Notes: generated by a model from the sequence alone, not told the origin. 64,000 nt of DNA from a bacterium (GCA_043822925.1 JBDRBF010000041.1:1-64000); one strand, 5' to 3'. Numbered from the stretch's first letter, positions 28,182 through 38,182 are shown. Numbers and translations are program-made.

Positions 28182-30219
28182 ACTGAAAAAAAAACTATTA
28201 CTTCTGTTCCTGTTTTTTACTCTATTTTTTATAACACAAAAAATAGAAGCTTCTTTCTTTGATCCTTCTCCATTCACTCAAGATTATGGAGATGGCATTT
28301 TGCACGCCTACGCGACCCAATGGAACCCAGCCGGAACACACCTGGCCGTTGGTGGCATAAATTATCCAAACGATGTAACGATATACGAATGGGATGGCCA
28401 GTATCTCGAGACAACAAATAGTATCAATTTTGGCGCAGGCGCTTTTGCACTGAGCTGGTCACCAAACGGGCAATATTTAGCCGTTGGCGGCGACCATAAT
28501 TACAATTCACTTATTATTTATAAATGGGACGGCGTATCGCTCACGCTTACGACATCAAAATATCACGGCACACAAGTTAACGCTGTATCCTGGAACCCGG
28601 CTGGCGACACGCTCGCAGTCGGCGGCGTGTGGGGCAATAACCCGCTTGTTATGTATAGTTGGGATGGCTTAAATTCGCTCACGCTCACGACGTCAAAATA
28701 TCACGGCACGCAAGTTAATACGCTTGCCTGGCACCCAGACGGAACTAAACTGGCCGTGGGGGGAATTTATGGAACCCGCGACGTCATACTCTATGGCTGG
28801 AGCAACCCAACACTGACGCCTATAACATCTCTTGACCATGGGTCTGAAACCAACGCACTTGACTGGAGCTCAACGGGTTCTTTTTTGGCTGTCGGCGGCG
28901 CCAACACGCCAAACGACATTGGGATCTATATGCTCAGCGGCTCTACGTTAATACAAAAAACAACTGCAACTTTCGGAACAAAAGCAAAAACACTCGCTTT
29001 TAGTTTTGACGACACGATACTTGCTGTCGGCGGCATTAATCCCGGCTCTGATTTGTTAGTATATCAAACATCTATCGTTTCTGCTTACCCAGGCTTCGCG
29101 TACCTCAACCCAGTGAGCAGTTCACAAACAAGTTATGGCAACGGTGTTTATAGTGTTGCCTGGACCCCATACTCAGATTATCTGGCTGTCGCTGGCGATA
29201 ATGGCTCAAGCGATTTAACCATCTACAAAAATCACAACTACTTAAATGGCACTAAAAATAATATTACCCTCACAGACAAGTACGTATTTAGTGGTGATGG
29301 CGTCGGCTTTGTAATCGGTTCTGTTACATTCAAAAACGGCTGCGACATGGGAAACACCTGGATAACAATGGCCCTTACCGAACCATTTTCTGGAGAACTT
29401 GCAAATGCTAGTGAGCTCATACTAGAAAACGATTTATATCTCAATTCAAACACTACCATAGCCTCAGTAGAACTCGGGTTTTACGGTAACGGCCACACAA
29501 TTCATTTGGGCGGAGATTTAATCATCCCGGATGCTTCAACATTCTACATCGATAACGACACAGCCATTGACGGGAATGGACACTCGTTAATTTTGGGCAA
29601 CCAGAGTAACCTTAATGTAGGCAACACGGTCACGCTCACACTCAGAAATCTAACACTCAAAAACACGGTTAACACACAAGCTCTTCCCCCTATCGTTGCG
29701 TCTTCAAGTACCGCCAAAATCGCCCTCGATAACGTCAAGCTCGCGCTTACCGATGATTTCTATTTCCCCACCGGCCAGCTCTTTATCCACAATGACGTTA
29801 TGTTTACCGGAACATCGAAGTTTATCTACAAATCACCATATCAAAGCTATATTACCAAAAATGCAACGCTCTACTTCGGCCCACACACAATATTTAAGTA
29901 CAATCCAAACTCAACAAATAATAATTTAATTGCTATGCAAGATGCTTCGTCAAGCCTGTATCTAGACGGCTGCACGCTACAACTTACACACACAGGGCTG
30001 CGCTTATCAAAAGGACAAATATACCTGGAAAATAGTGTCACATTCACCAGCCCATATTCAGAAATAAACCCATCTGATGCATCAACAAGTTATCAGTCAG
30101 CATCTACTGGCTTAATTTTAGGCAATTCTATATTGGGACCAGATTATAACTTAAATATAGATGTTTTGGGTGGAGCGAATATTAATCAGCATTGTTTTGT
30201 AACATTTGATGAGGCATAG
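28138..30219 (+). CDS. Exported protein D: 7-bladed WD40-like propeller + beta-rich C-terminal domain
   Basis: Paralog of B (ASFF.PSP.T.DYG, LTTSKYHGTQVN, YSDYLAVAG, LTHTGLRLSKG); start codon uncertain. Confidence 0.8.
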   Translation: MQSLKFAIAWGFNPRLKKKLLLLFLFFTLFFITQKIEASFFDPSPFTQDYGDGILHAYATQWNPAGTHLAVGGINYPNDVTIYEWDGQYLETTNSINFGAGAFALSWSPNGQYLAVGGDHNYNSLIIYKWDGVSLTLTTSKYHGTQVNAVSWNPAGDTLAVGGVWGNNPLVMYSWDGLNSLTLTTSKYHGTQVNTLAWHPDGTKLAVGGIYGTRDVILYGWSNPTLTPITSLDHGSETNALDWSSTGSFLAVGGANTPNDIGIYMLSGSTLIQKTTATFGTKAKTLAFSFDDTILAVGGINPGSDLLVYQTSIVSAYPGFAYLNPVSSSQTSYGNGVYSVAWTPYSDYLAVAGDNGSSDLTIYKNHNYLNGTKNNITLTDKYVFSGDGVGFVIGSVTFKNGCDMGNTWITMALTEPFSGELANASELILENDLYLNSNTTIASVELGFYGNGHTIHLGGDLIIPDASTFYIDNDTAIDGNGHSLILGNQSNLNVGNTVTLTLRNLTLKNTVNTQALPPIVASSSTAKIALDNVKLALTDDFYFPTGQLFIHNDVMFTGTSKFIYKSPYQSYITKNATLYFGPHTIFKYNPNSTNNNLIAMQDASSSLYLDGCTLQLTHTGLRLSKGQIYLENSVTFTSPYSEINPSDASTSYQSASTGLILGNSILGPDYNLNIDVLGGANINQHCFVTFDEA

Positions 30220-30266
30220 GGAAAATAGAACAAATGACAAATCAAGAACAGAACAACATTCGATAA

Positions 30267-31805
30267 ATCGGGGAGGAGAAGCTCGCGCAAGCGGGCTTCG
30301 TCCTCCCACACCACCGTACGTACTCATCGTATACGGCGGTTTCTTCTAACTTTTTTTTCACAAAGATTCGAAAATCTCACAAATACTTATAAACCCGTTC
30401 ATTCTCCACCATTCAACACCCATAGCTTTATGTGCTTGTGGGATAAGAGCTAATCGCCACCATCCATTTCCAGATGTTGCCGCCATCCAGGCTCTCGCCA
30501 GTCTAATGCCGCGTTGTATCAACATTGTTGCAATTGTCTTTGCTCTCTTTAATTGTTTTAGTCGATAACAGCGAAGTTTATGCCGAATCCATCCATCAAG
30601 TTCTTTCAATGTGCTTTCGGATTCTGCATACCTAAAGTATCACATCCATCCAGGCAAAATAGTGTTGATTTCTCGAATCACCTCTTCCAAACTCTTTCCA
30701 CGATTTCTCTTTGTTGCCGCTCGCATTTTATCTTTGAATCGCTCGATACTTTGTTGCGCGATTCTTAAGATGCCTCTACGATCAATACGATAGCCAAGAA
30801 ACTTCCGAGCCCCTACCGGGAGCCACCGTGCTTTTCTTCTGGTTGATTTTCAGCCTGAGCTTGGTTTCTAGAAATTCTCTAATTGATTGCATTACTCGTT
30901 CTCCTGCTCTTTCTGATTGCACATAGATATTACAATCATCTGCGTAGCGACAAAATTTGTGTCCTCTTCTTTCTAGCTCCTTATTACCCGAGACATGAGA
31001 ATATCGTGATTTACCCGATCAAAGAATTTCGCTAGATCAATATCAACGACCCATAGTCGATCCTCACGCACATATTCTTGTGCCTGTTTTATCGCTTGAT
31101 GGGCACTTCTTCCAGGCCTAAATCCGTAGCTTGAATTTGAAAAAATATTGTTCGAATATTGGAGAGAGCGCTTGAAGAAGCGCTTGTTGAACGAGTCTAT
31201 CAATGACCGTCGGAATACCCAAGTCTCTTTGACCACCTCCTGGTTTTGGTATGCTTACACGTTTTACCGGTTGCACTTTATACCTATCGCCCAAAAGAGA
31301 GTCTACTAATTCTTGTTCATTCTCAACGTACCATTGCTTCAGTGTATTAACGGTCATTCCATCAACGCCAGCGGCGCCTTTGTTTGCCATAACACGCTGC
31401 AGAGCCTGCCTCAAGTTATCCCTTTGGCAGACTACCTCCATTTTTTTTCCGCTACTACGGCTTCTGCTAACTTCTCTGCAACATCTCCATATTGTTGCCA
31501 ATATAGCCGCTTAGTTTTACTCAGCTATTTGCAAAAATCTCCCGGGGTAATGCACACTTCCTTCACATCGGCTCCACTGGATTTACTACCACGATATACG
31601 AGTGACTATATGGCTTCTTCGTCTATAGCCGAATTACCTATCGCGTAGGCCTTATATCCAGTTTCTGTTCGTTGGATCCATGTTTTCGTCGTCAGCTTCC
31701 TTCAGATTTTACCTCACGGTGAACACCATTGCCTAGACGTAGAGTTCCGGTCACTCGGTCTGTGGGAGACTTTCACTCCTGGAAAGTGCGCCATGCCCGG
31801 CACAC
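30267..31805 (-). mobile_element. Group IIC intron (degenerate)
   Basis: 5' end GTGTGCCGGGCATGG at 31805, just downstream of a terminator hairpin; domain V AACCGCCGTATACG...CGTACGGTGGT (CGC triad); 3' end ...CCCGAT at 30267; RT remnants inside. Confidence 0.9.
30358..31501 (-). pseudogene. ltrA: Group II intron reverse transcriptase/maturase pseudogene
   Basis: NKGAAGVDG, IPKPGG.R.LGIPTVIDR, SYGFRPGRSAH, VDIDLAKFFD, RYADD (YADD at 30935-30946). Frameshifts near 31140 and 30818, deletion of the PQG region near 30985, in-frame TGA at 30640-30642. Confidence 0.92.
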
Positions 31806-31806
31806 T

Positions 31807-31837
31807 AATAAAAGGGCCCGTAATTTCTTACGGGCCC
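31807..31837 (-). terminator. Rho-independent terminator of the 31911-32660 gene (intron target site)
   Basis: Minus strand: gggcccgtaa-gaaa-ttacgggccc-ttttatt. Confidence 0.85.
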
Positions 31838-31910
31838 CAAATTAAAGACAAAAACTAGGAAACCAGGATAATAAAAAAAATATATACTTCACGTATTAAC
31901 GTGTATAAAT

Positions 31911-32660
31911 TTATGCGCCAATATATGCAGGAAACACAACTTTAAAAAGCCCGCAAGCTTTTCCAAATGCGTCATACATAGCAGCAGTCATGGCAGTAAC
32001 TAAAGCTCCAGGGGCTTTATCTATAACAAAATTAACATCAAAATTTTTTACGACACGCTCTTGCAGCCTCGTTAATTTTTCTTTTAAAACAGGCGAACAA
32101 CATTTAAAATTCACACAATCTTTCAATGTAGTTTTTAAACCAATAAGAACATTTTTAGTAATATTACCTGATAAATATGCCAAATATGGCACCAAAATTT
32201 TTGCCAGATTTTTTGTTAAAACAAAAGCATTACGTACATTAAATAAACCAAGAGATAGATAAGTAAAAAGAACCACCATTAAAAATGCTTTAATAGCAAA
32301 AATAAATTGCGCCGTATTTATGCTTATTTTGTCAGTCTCTCGTATTTTATTATACGTTTCTTTAATAACTTCACGCGTAAGCTGACAAACGTCTTTAATC
32401 TCACTAAATTTATCAGAAACTTTATTTTGAATACTTTTTTCCAAATCAAACACAAAAGAGACTATTTTCTCAAATGTGCTATGCAAGCGCAGAGCACTCT
32501 CTGGTGTGATATTTTTTTCAAGATTAAATTCTCGAGTAGTTTCTTGATTATTAAGCATAACGTTATTATTTTGACAATTATTAATCGATAAACAGATGAT
32601 ATTAAAAAGTAAAAACATACTTAAAAAAGGTGCATGTGTGCGCAAATAAGATAATGACAT
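31911..32660 (-). CDS. Hypothetical membrane protein
   Basis: 249-aa ORF, GGGG SD, hydrophobic N-terminus and a central TM, own terminator. Confidence 0.55.
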   Translation of the reverse strand: MSLSYLRTHAPFLSMFLLFNIICLSINNCQNNNVMLNNQETTREFNLEKNITPESALRLHSTFEKIVSFVFDLEKSIQNKVSDKFSEIKDVCQLTREVIKETYNKIRETDKISINTAQFIFAIKAFLMVVLFTYLSLGLFNVRNAFVLTKNLAKILVPYLAYLSGNITKNVLIGLKTTLKDCVNFKCCSPVLKEKLTRLQERVVKNFDVNFVIDKAPGALVTAMTAAMYDAFGKACGLFKVVFPAYIGA

Positions 32661-32784
32661 AATATAACCCCCTATTATTACTTAAAACCCATTTATAGGA
32701 CAACTTTAAGTATAACAAATTGGCCAAATATGTCAAATAGGCAATATAGTATGATTTTAGGGTCCCTAGGTGGAAAAATAAAAG

Positions 32785-33024
32785 CTATATTTTTTCGGGT
32801 ATTTTTAATAATTCGATTTTGCGATAAAGCGTACTCCGGCTAATACCAAGCATCTTAGATGCTACAACGTAATTATAATCAGTTTCCTGAAGCACAAGTT
32901 CAATAAGATATTTTTCTATTTCACCTATAATCAGTGGGTGTATATTGCCCTGGCCGTCTTTACCAATGCCAATGACCATCTGTTTTACTTCTTTTTTTAA
33001 CAAATCATAGAGCGATACTGACAT
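32785..33024 (-). CDS. Fis-family helix-turn-helix protein
   Basis: EKYLIELVL...NYVVASKMLGISRSTLYRKI. Confidence 0.8.
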   Translation of the reverse strand: MSVSLYDLLKKEVKQMVIGIGKDGQGNIHPLIIGEIEKYLIELVLQETDYNYVVASKMLGISRSTLYRKIELLKIPEKI

Positions 33025-33042
33025 AAAAACTCTCCCCCTACA

Positions 33043-34038
33043 CTAACTGGCCGTAGATATAGACATGGTTAAAAAATGTTTACAATACATCAGATCTAAC
33101 GCACCAGAAAAAGTTGTCCCCTTTTTAAAAGCAAAATCAATATCATACAAAAATTGATGCAGAGATGTTAAATAATTCACATTTACACGCTTATAGTCAC
33201 GGTCAATATATGAATGTGGCAACCGATAACCAACACGTCTGGCTTGTACAAAGTCTTTATCATACAAACACTTAGTAACATGATAAGCCTGCCAAAACTG
33301 CTCAGACCAAAAAGCTAACCAAAACATATCTGAATACGAATCTTTTATTAAAGCCCAGAGTTTAAAGAATTGTTGTGGCTTGCTTCCAAAAAAATACTCA
33401 GATAACTGGAATAATGACGGCTCGGCAGAAATACCAGCAGATAAATATATAAAAAATTCGTCAGCAAACTTTACATTTATAAGTTCAAGATATTCGCATA
33501 AGAAACAGACAAAATCCAACTGAAGCTCTTTACTTTGAGCAAAAAATCGTTTAACCAATTCATATTTTTCTGAAGAAAAATTATACCCAAAAAATACTGC
33601 TATAGATTTAAATTCTAAGAACGTTACAGTAGTTTTGATATCGATGCGCGTAAATTGATTATTTTCTAATTTCCTACCCGAAACAAGCTTTGTTTCTGAA
33701 GAAAGAAAAAAAAGTGCAGTATTTGGTCCCTGATAATTTATAAGCAAATCTATTATTTTTTTTTGAGCAGCTGCTTTTGCTTCAGAAATATCACCAAGCC
33801 AATAAAAACTATACTGGCCCAAGATACACTGATTTAAATACATGCATAATTGATCATAGTCAGAAGAAATATGTGCTATCTTTTTAATAGAACAAGAAAG
33901 TATGTTTTTTCGCTCTAAATATCTAAACAGCAAAAAGAAAAACATATATGGATAACTCTCACCTTGAAAACAAAAAGTTTTTTTTGTAGCCCAAAAAGAT
34001 TGCTCTTTAGCTTCTTTTAAAAATTCGTTGAGATTCAT
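33043..34038 (-). CDS. holA: Probable DNA polymerase III delta subunit (divergent)
   Basis: Size, FQGESY N-terminus, LFQL, LYDIDFAFKKG C-terminus, position after the lptE-like gene. Confidence 0.55.
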   Translation of the reverse strand: MNLNEFLKEAKEQSFWATKKTFCFQGESYPYMFFFLLFRYLERKNILSCSIKKIAHISSDYDQLCMYLNQCILGQYSFYWLGDISEAKAAAQKKIIDLLINYQGPNTALFFLSSETKLVSGRKLENNQFTRIDIKTTVTFLEFKSIAVFFGYNFSSEKYELVKRFFAQSKELQLDFVCFLCEYLELINVKFADEFFIYLSAGISAEPSLFQLSEYFFGSKPQQFFKLWALIKDSYSDMFWLAFWSEQFWQAYHVTKCLYDKDFVQARRVGYRLPHSYIDRDYKRVNVNYLTSLHQFLYDIDFAFKKGTTFSGALDLMYCKHFLTMSISTAS

Positions 34039-34064
34039 TGTTTTGTTTTTCTTTCAAAAAGTAC

Positions 34065-34700
34065 TCATGCTGCCGTGTCAGGCGAAGCCTGGAAACTTGC
34101 CTGCCTCGCCGAAGCTACACAAGAGCGTAGGCGGGTCGAAACATCGAAAGGCTTGCCCACAAAAGCATCTTTTAAATATGGTCTAAAATATTGTTCAATG
34201 CGTGGCACTGACCGTTTCATAAGCTTTTCATATTCAAAAATCAAGAAACTACTCGTAAGGATAGGATTTCTTGGTTTACATATCAAGGTAGAAAAATAAA
34301 ATGTCTTTTCAGTAACAAGCTTTCGAGCAAAATTATATAATTGGCAGTGCAATTCTAATTTAACTTCCAGATGAAAAACAAGAACGTCTGGTGAAACATA
34401 CTTTTGATAGGGATCTATTTTTTTAATTATCGTCTTCAAAGCGTACCCATTATTTTCTTGGCATGCAAGCGTATACCCAACTTTTTGAAAATGCTGAAAT
34501 AACGCCTGATACATAAGAGGGGCAACGTTTTCAAACACAAAGTTACTTTGCGGCATACTTACAAAAACCGGAACATATTCGTGAGATTTGATACTCGTCG
34601 ATATAAATGTTTTTTTATACACACACGAAGAAAGAGAGAGAAGAAGCGCTAACGCTAATAATAAACAAGAAACTAAAGTTCGATTTTTTAATATACACAT
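34065..34700 (-). CDS. LptE-like lipoprotein
   Basis: Lipobox LSSC after a hydrophobic stretch (start 34700); lptE-holA synteny; C-terminus runs through a repeat element. Confidence 0.5.
   Translation of the reverse strand: MCILKNRTLVSCLLLALALLLSLSSCVYKKTFISTSIKSHEYVPVFVSMPQSNFVFENVAPLMYQALFQHFQKVGYTLACQENNGYALKTIIKKIDPYQKYVSPDVLVFHLEVKLELHCQLYNFARKLVTEKTFYFSTLICKPRNPILTSSFLIFEYEKLMKRSVPRIEQYFRPYLKDAFVGKPFDVSTRLRSCVASARQASFQASPDTAA
34085..34152 (-). repeat. REP-like composite element inside the 3' end of the lptE-like gene
   Basis: Minus strand: cctttcgatgtttcgac[ccgcctacgctcttgtgtagcttcggcgaggcaggc]aagtttccaggc. Confidence 0.6.
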
Positions 34701-34707
34701 AAATTTG

Positions 34708-35619
34708 CTAAAATTTGCCAATACGTTTACCAAGACTAAATGGCGCTACTTTAGCATCAAAAGCTTCTTGTTCTGATTTTACCTGAGATTTTTGTTGATT
34801 TTGCTTTTGCTGGTAATTTTGTTTTTGTTGGCTTTGCTTTGTTTGATAAGCAGGTTGTATTTGTTTATTTTGATACAAAAGCGTTATGGGATGAAAATTC
34901 GTAGGAGCAGGAAACTGAGAACAAGAATCAAAAAGATCTTGAGCCCCTTTGATAGCAAGAACTTTAAAAGCATCAAAATGTTCCCATGCCAGAGGCATTT
35001 TTTCAGCCGTCCCCTGAATTTCTATTAATTTTCCAGATTTAGTTAAAACAAAATTAAAATCAGCATCAGTATTGTTATCTTCTTGACAGCACAAATCAAG
35101 ACAAGAAATCCCGTCAAGATTGCCAACAGAAATCGCCGCAATAGAATCTTTAATAACAGAAGCATCAAAGATAGAAGCTTGGATCCAGCGCTGACATGCA
35201 AGATTAAGAGCTAAACTCGCAGCTGTAATACAAGCGACACGGGTGCCACCATCAGCTTGCAAAACATCGCAATCGACAATAATTGTTTTTTCGCCAAGTT
35301 TATCTAGGTCGACAATAGATCTTAAACTACGACCAATAAGGCGTGAAATTTCAACGCTACGAGCATTTCTTTGTTGTTGCGTAGATTCTCTATCGCTACG
35401 CTTATGCGTCGAACAGGGGAGCATTGCATATTCGGCAGTAAGCCAACCAGTTTGTTGTCCTCTTAAAAAAGCGGGTACACCAATTTGCAAGTATACAGAT
35501 GCCAAAACTTTTGTATGGCCGATAGAAAAAAGAACGCTCGCATTGGAGTATCCTAAAATATCATATTCCAAAGAAATAGGGCGCAACTGATTAGTTGCGC
35601 GCCCATCTATTCTTAACAT
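34708..35619 (-). CDS. rph: Ribonuclease PH with Gln-rich C-terminal extension
   Basis: RIDGR, GWLTAEYAMLP, EISRLIGRSLR, DCDVLQADGGTR, EIQGTAE. Confidence 0.95.
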   Translation of the reverse strand: MLRIDGRATNQLRPISLEYDILGYSNASVLFSIGHTKVLASVYLQIGVPAFLRGQQTGWLTAEYAMLPCSTHKRSDRESTQQQRNARSVEISRLIGRSLRSIVDLDKLGEKTIIVDCDVLQADGGTRVACITAASLALNLACQRWIQASIFDASVIKDSIAAISVGNLDGISCLDLCCQEDNNTDADFNFVLTKSGKLIEIQGTAEKMPLAWEHFDAFKVLAIKGAQDLFDSCSQFPAPTNFHPITLLYQNKQIQPAYQTKQSQQKQNYQQKQNQQKSQVKSEQEAFDAKVAPFSLGKRIGKF

Positions 35620-35630
35620 AAAATATCGAT

Positions 35631-37727
35631 TTATTTAGGTTCTACGAGACTGAGACGAACTCTACCGGTGCTCTTTTCATAAGCAACGACTTGAACTTTG
35701 AGTTTGTCACCAGTTCTGTAGTTATCATTAAGATTTCTTTGTAAATCACGTGGTATCGAAGATATATGAACTAACCCTTCTTTACCCGCAACGAGTTCAA
35801 CAAATAAACCAAATTCAGCTACTTTTTTAATTATGCCTTCGAATTCAGAACCAACCTCAATTTCACCGACAAGAGTTCTGATCCAAGCTTCAGCAGCTCT
35901 TGCAGACTCTGTACTGTGAGCATATATATTTATTGTTCCATCATCTTCGATATCAATTTGTGCTTCAGTCTTAGCAACAATTTCTTTAATATTTTTGCCA
36001 CCAGGCCCGATAATAGCACCAATTTTATCTTGAGGAACTTTCATTGTAAATATTTGAGGAGCTAAGTCTGAAATCTTATCTCTTGGAGCGGTCATTGTTT
36101 TTCTCATCTCTTGCAAGATGTGAAGACGACCAACTTTTGCTTGAGTTAACGCTTTTACCAAAAGATCCTGAGATAGCCCTATTTTACTTTTTACATCCAA
36201 CTGAAACGCCATGATACCATGGTCTGTTCCAGTTACTTTAAAGTCCATAAGACCAAGAGCATCTTCTGTACCGAGAATATCGGTAAGAATATGATAATTG
36301 CCCGATGAATCTTTAATCATACCCATTGCAACGCCACTGACCATTTCTTTAATTGGCACACCAGCATCCATGAGAGCAAGCGTTGTTGCGCAAACTGTAG
36401 CCATTGATGATGAACCGTTAGATTCTAAAATATCAACGACAGCACGAATCGTGTATGGGAAACTTTTTTGATCAGGCAAAACATTCATAAACGATTGCTC
36501 AGCTAAATATCCGTGTCCTACTTCACGTCTTCCCACTCCACGCATAGGCTTTACTTCGCCTGTTGCAAATGGCAAGAAATTATAATGAAGCATAAACGAA
36601 CGTTCAATTGTTCCACCAAGAAGAGTATCTACTTTTTGAGCATCTTGAGCGGTTCCAAGCGTAAGACTTGTAATAGCCTGCGTTTCTCCACGAAGAAAAG
36701 TTGCAGAACCGTGAACACATGGAAGTAAACTTACTTCAGATGTGATCAGTCTGACTTCCTCAAAATTACGCATATCGATGCGTTGTTTTTTCTTGGCCAT
36801 AACGTTTGGCATAACTTCTTTTACAAGTTCACCACAAAGATATTTAATTACTGACCCAGAAACAATTCCTGCTTCTATTTCTTTATTAAAAGTAGCAACT
36901 ATCTCTGACTGCAATGCATCCAGAGCAGCGCTGCGCTCAGACTTTGTCTTACCAAAAACATTTTCTATAGCTTGCTCAGAGACAAGAGCTTTAACTTTAG
37001 TCGTCCAACCTGCCCAATCAATACCATCACCAGCGCTCATCTTTTCTTTTCCGCACTCTTTTTGAATAGCTAACTGCCACTCAACTTGTTGCTTAATAAG
37101 ATCATGAGCTGCCAATAAAAGCTTGATAAGCTCTTCTTCTGGAAGATTATTACAATAACCTTCGACCATTGAGATACCTGTTTTTGTTCCTGCAATAGTA
37201 ACCAGAGTATCTGAAGAAGATATTTGCGTATGACTTGGATTAAAATGCCATTCGTTAGCAATCCTGCACGCTTGAACAGCTCCAACTGGATCTAAAAATG
37301 GGATGTCAGAAATCACCAAAGCTAAAGATGAACCTATCATCGCCAGAATATCTACTGGAAAATTACCATCTGAAGAATACACAGTGGCAAGAACTTGAAC
37401 TTCATTAAAAAAATCAGATGGAAAAAGAGGACGTATTGGACGATCAATAAGACGAGATGTCAAAACTTCTCTATCAGACAGACGGCCCTCTCTCTTCAAA
37501 TAACCACCCGGAATTTTACCTGCAGCAGAAACAAGTTCCCGATACTGTACAGATAATGGGAAAAAGCCCATAAAGTCTTTTGGTTCTGAAGCTGCTACCG
37601 CTGTTGCCAGGACAATATTTTTACCGGATTTTATCCATGCTGCGCCATTTGCTTGACGAGCAAATTTACCGATTTCAACTTCTAATCCTAACTCTGGAAG
37701 GCTAAATTTCTTAAGCATAATACTCAT
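35631..37727 (-). CDS. pnp: Polyribonucleotide nucleotidyltransferase
   Basis: FFPLSV, SRLIDRPIRPLFP, RREVGHG, ESNGSSSMA, KH and S1 domains. Confidence 0.97.
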   Translation of the reverse strand: MSIMLKKFSLPELGLEVEIGKFARQANGAAWIKSGKNIVLATAVAASEPKDFMGFFPLSVQYRELVSAAGKIPGGYLKREGRLSDREVLTSRLIDRPIRPLFPSDFFNEVQVLATVYSSDGNFPVDILAMIGSSLALVISDIPFLDPVGAVQACRIANEWHFNPSHTQISSSDTLVTIAGTKTGISMVEGYCNNLPEEELIKLLLAAHDLIKQQVEWQLAIQKECGKEKMSAGDGIDWAGWTTKVKALVSEQAIENVFGKTKSERSAALDALQSEIVATFNKEIEAGIVSGSVIKYLCGELVKEVMPNVMAKKKQRIDMRNFEEVRLITSEVSLLPCVHGSATFLRGETQAITSLTLGTAQDAQKVDTLLGGTIERSFMLHYNFLPFATGEVKPMRGVGRREVGHGYLAEQSFMNVLPDQKSFPYTIRAVVDILESNGSSSMATVCATTLALMDAGVPIKEMVSGVAMGMIKDSSGNYHILTDILGTEDALGLMDFKVTGTDHGIMAFQLDVKSKIGLSQDLLVKALTQAKVGRLHILQEMRKTMTAPRDKISDLAPQIFTMKVPQDKIGAIIGPGGKNIKEIVAKTEAQIDIEDDGTINIYAHSTESARAAEAWIRTLVGEIEVGSEFEGIIKKVAEFGLFVELVAGKEGLVHISSIPRDLQRNLNDNYRTGDKLKVQVVAYEKSTGRVRLSLVEPK

Positions 37728-37803
37728 ACCTCACTAACAGCTACCAATATGGATAAATCACAAGCCTAACAAAAGCGAGTAACCAAAAAACAAACTATTT
37801 AAA

Positions 37804-38079
37804 TTAAACAGCGCTGGTTGTTTTTTTCGTAGACTTCAAACAGCTCTCATAAAGAGCAAAATTTGTATTTTTTAAATATTTAAGTTGCTTGTTTCTTTTG
37901 CCAACAAGCCCAATTAAACCACGACGAGAGTGCGTGTCTTTAGGATAAACTTTTAAATGTCCTGATATTTGCTCAATACGAGCTGTAAAAATAGCTATTT
38001 GAACTTCGCTTGAACCTGTATCGCCTTTAGTTCTAGCAGCTTTTGCCACTATGTTGCTTTTCTCTTCTTTACCTAACAT
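37804..38079 (-). CDS. rpsO: 30S ribosomal protein S15
   Basis: DTGSSEVQIA, KDTHSRRGL. Confidence 0.95.
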   Translation of the reverse strand: MLGKEEKSNIVAKAARTKGDTGSSEVQIAIFTARIEQISGHLKVYPKDTHSRRGLIGLVGKRNKQLKYLKNTNFALYESCLKSTKKTTSAV

Positions 38080-38182
38080 GTCTATTATCTCCGAATTACA
38101 AGTAATTTTAATCTAACTGGTCTAATAATTATTATAACGACTTACACATACGTTAGCAAACGCCTCGGTTTACTTAACAATA

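Noticed and set aside
22234-30219. Classical or trimeric autotransporters / Chlamydia Pmp proteins
   Set aside because: No C-terminal barrel ending in an aromatic residue, no YadA anchor, and no GGAI/FxxN repeats.
22234-31805. Diversity-generating retroelement (RT next to repetitive surface-protein genes)
   Set aside because: The RT lies inside clear group II intron boundaries with domains V and VI. I saw no TR/VR pair differing only at adenines and no avd-like gene.
30267-31805. Retron or defence-associated RT
   Set aside because: The motifs (NKGAAGVDG, GIPTVIDR, maturase X domain GW..YF) and the flanking RNA are those of a group II intron.
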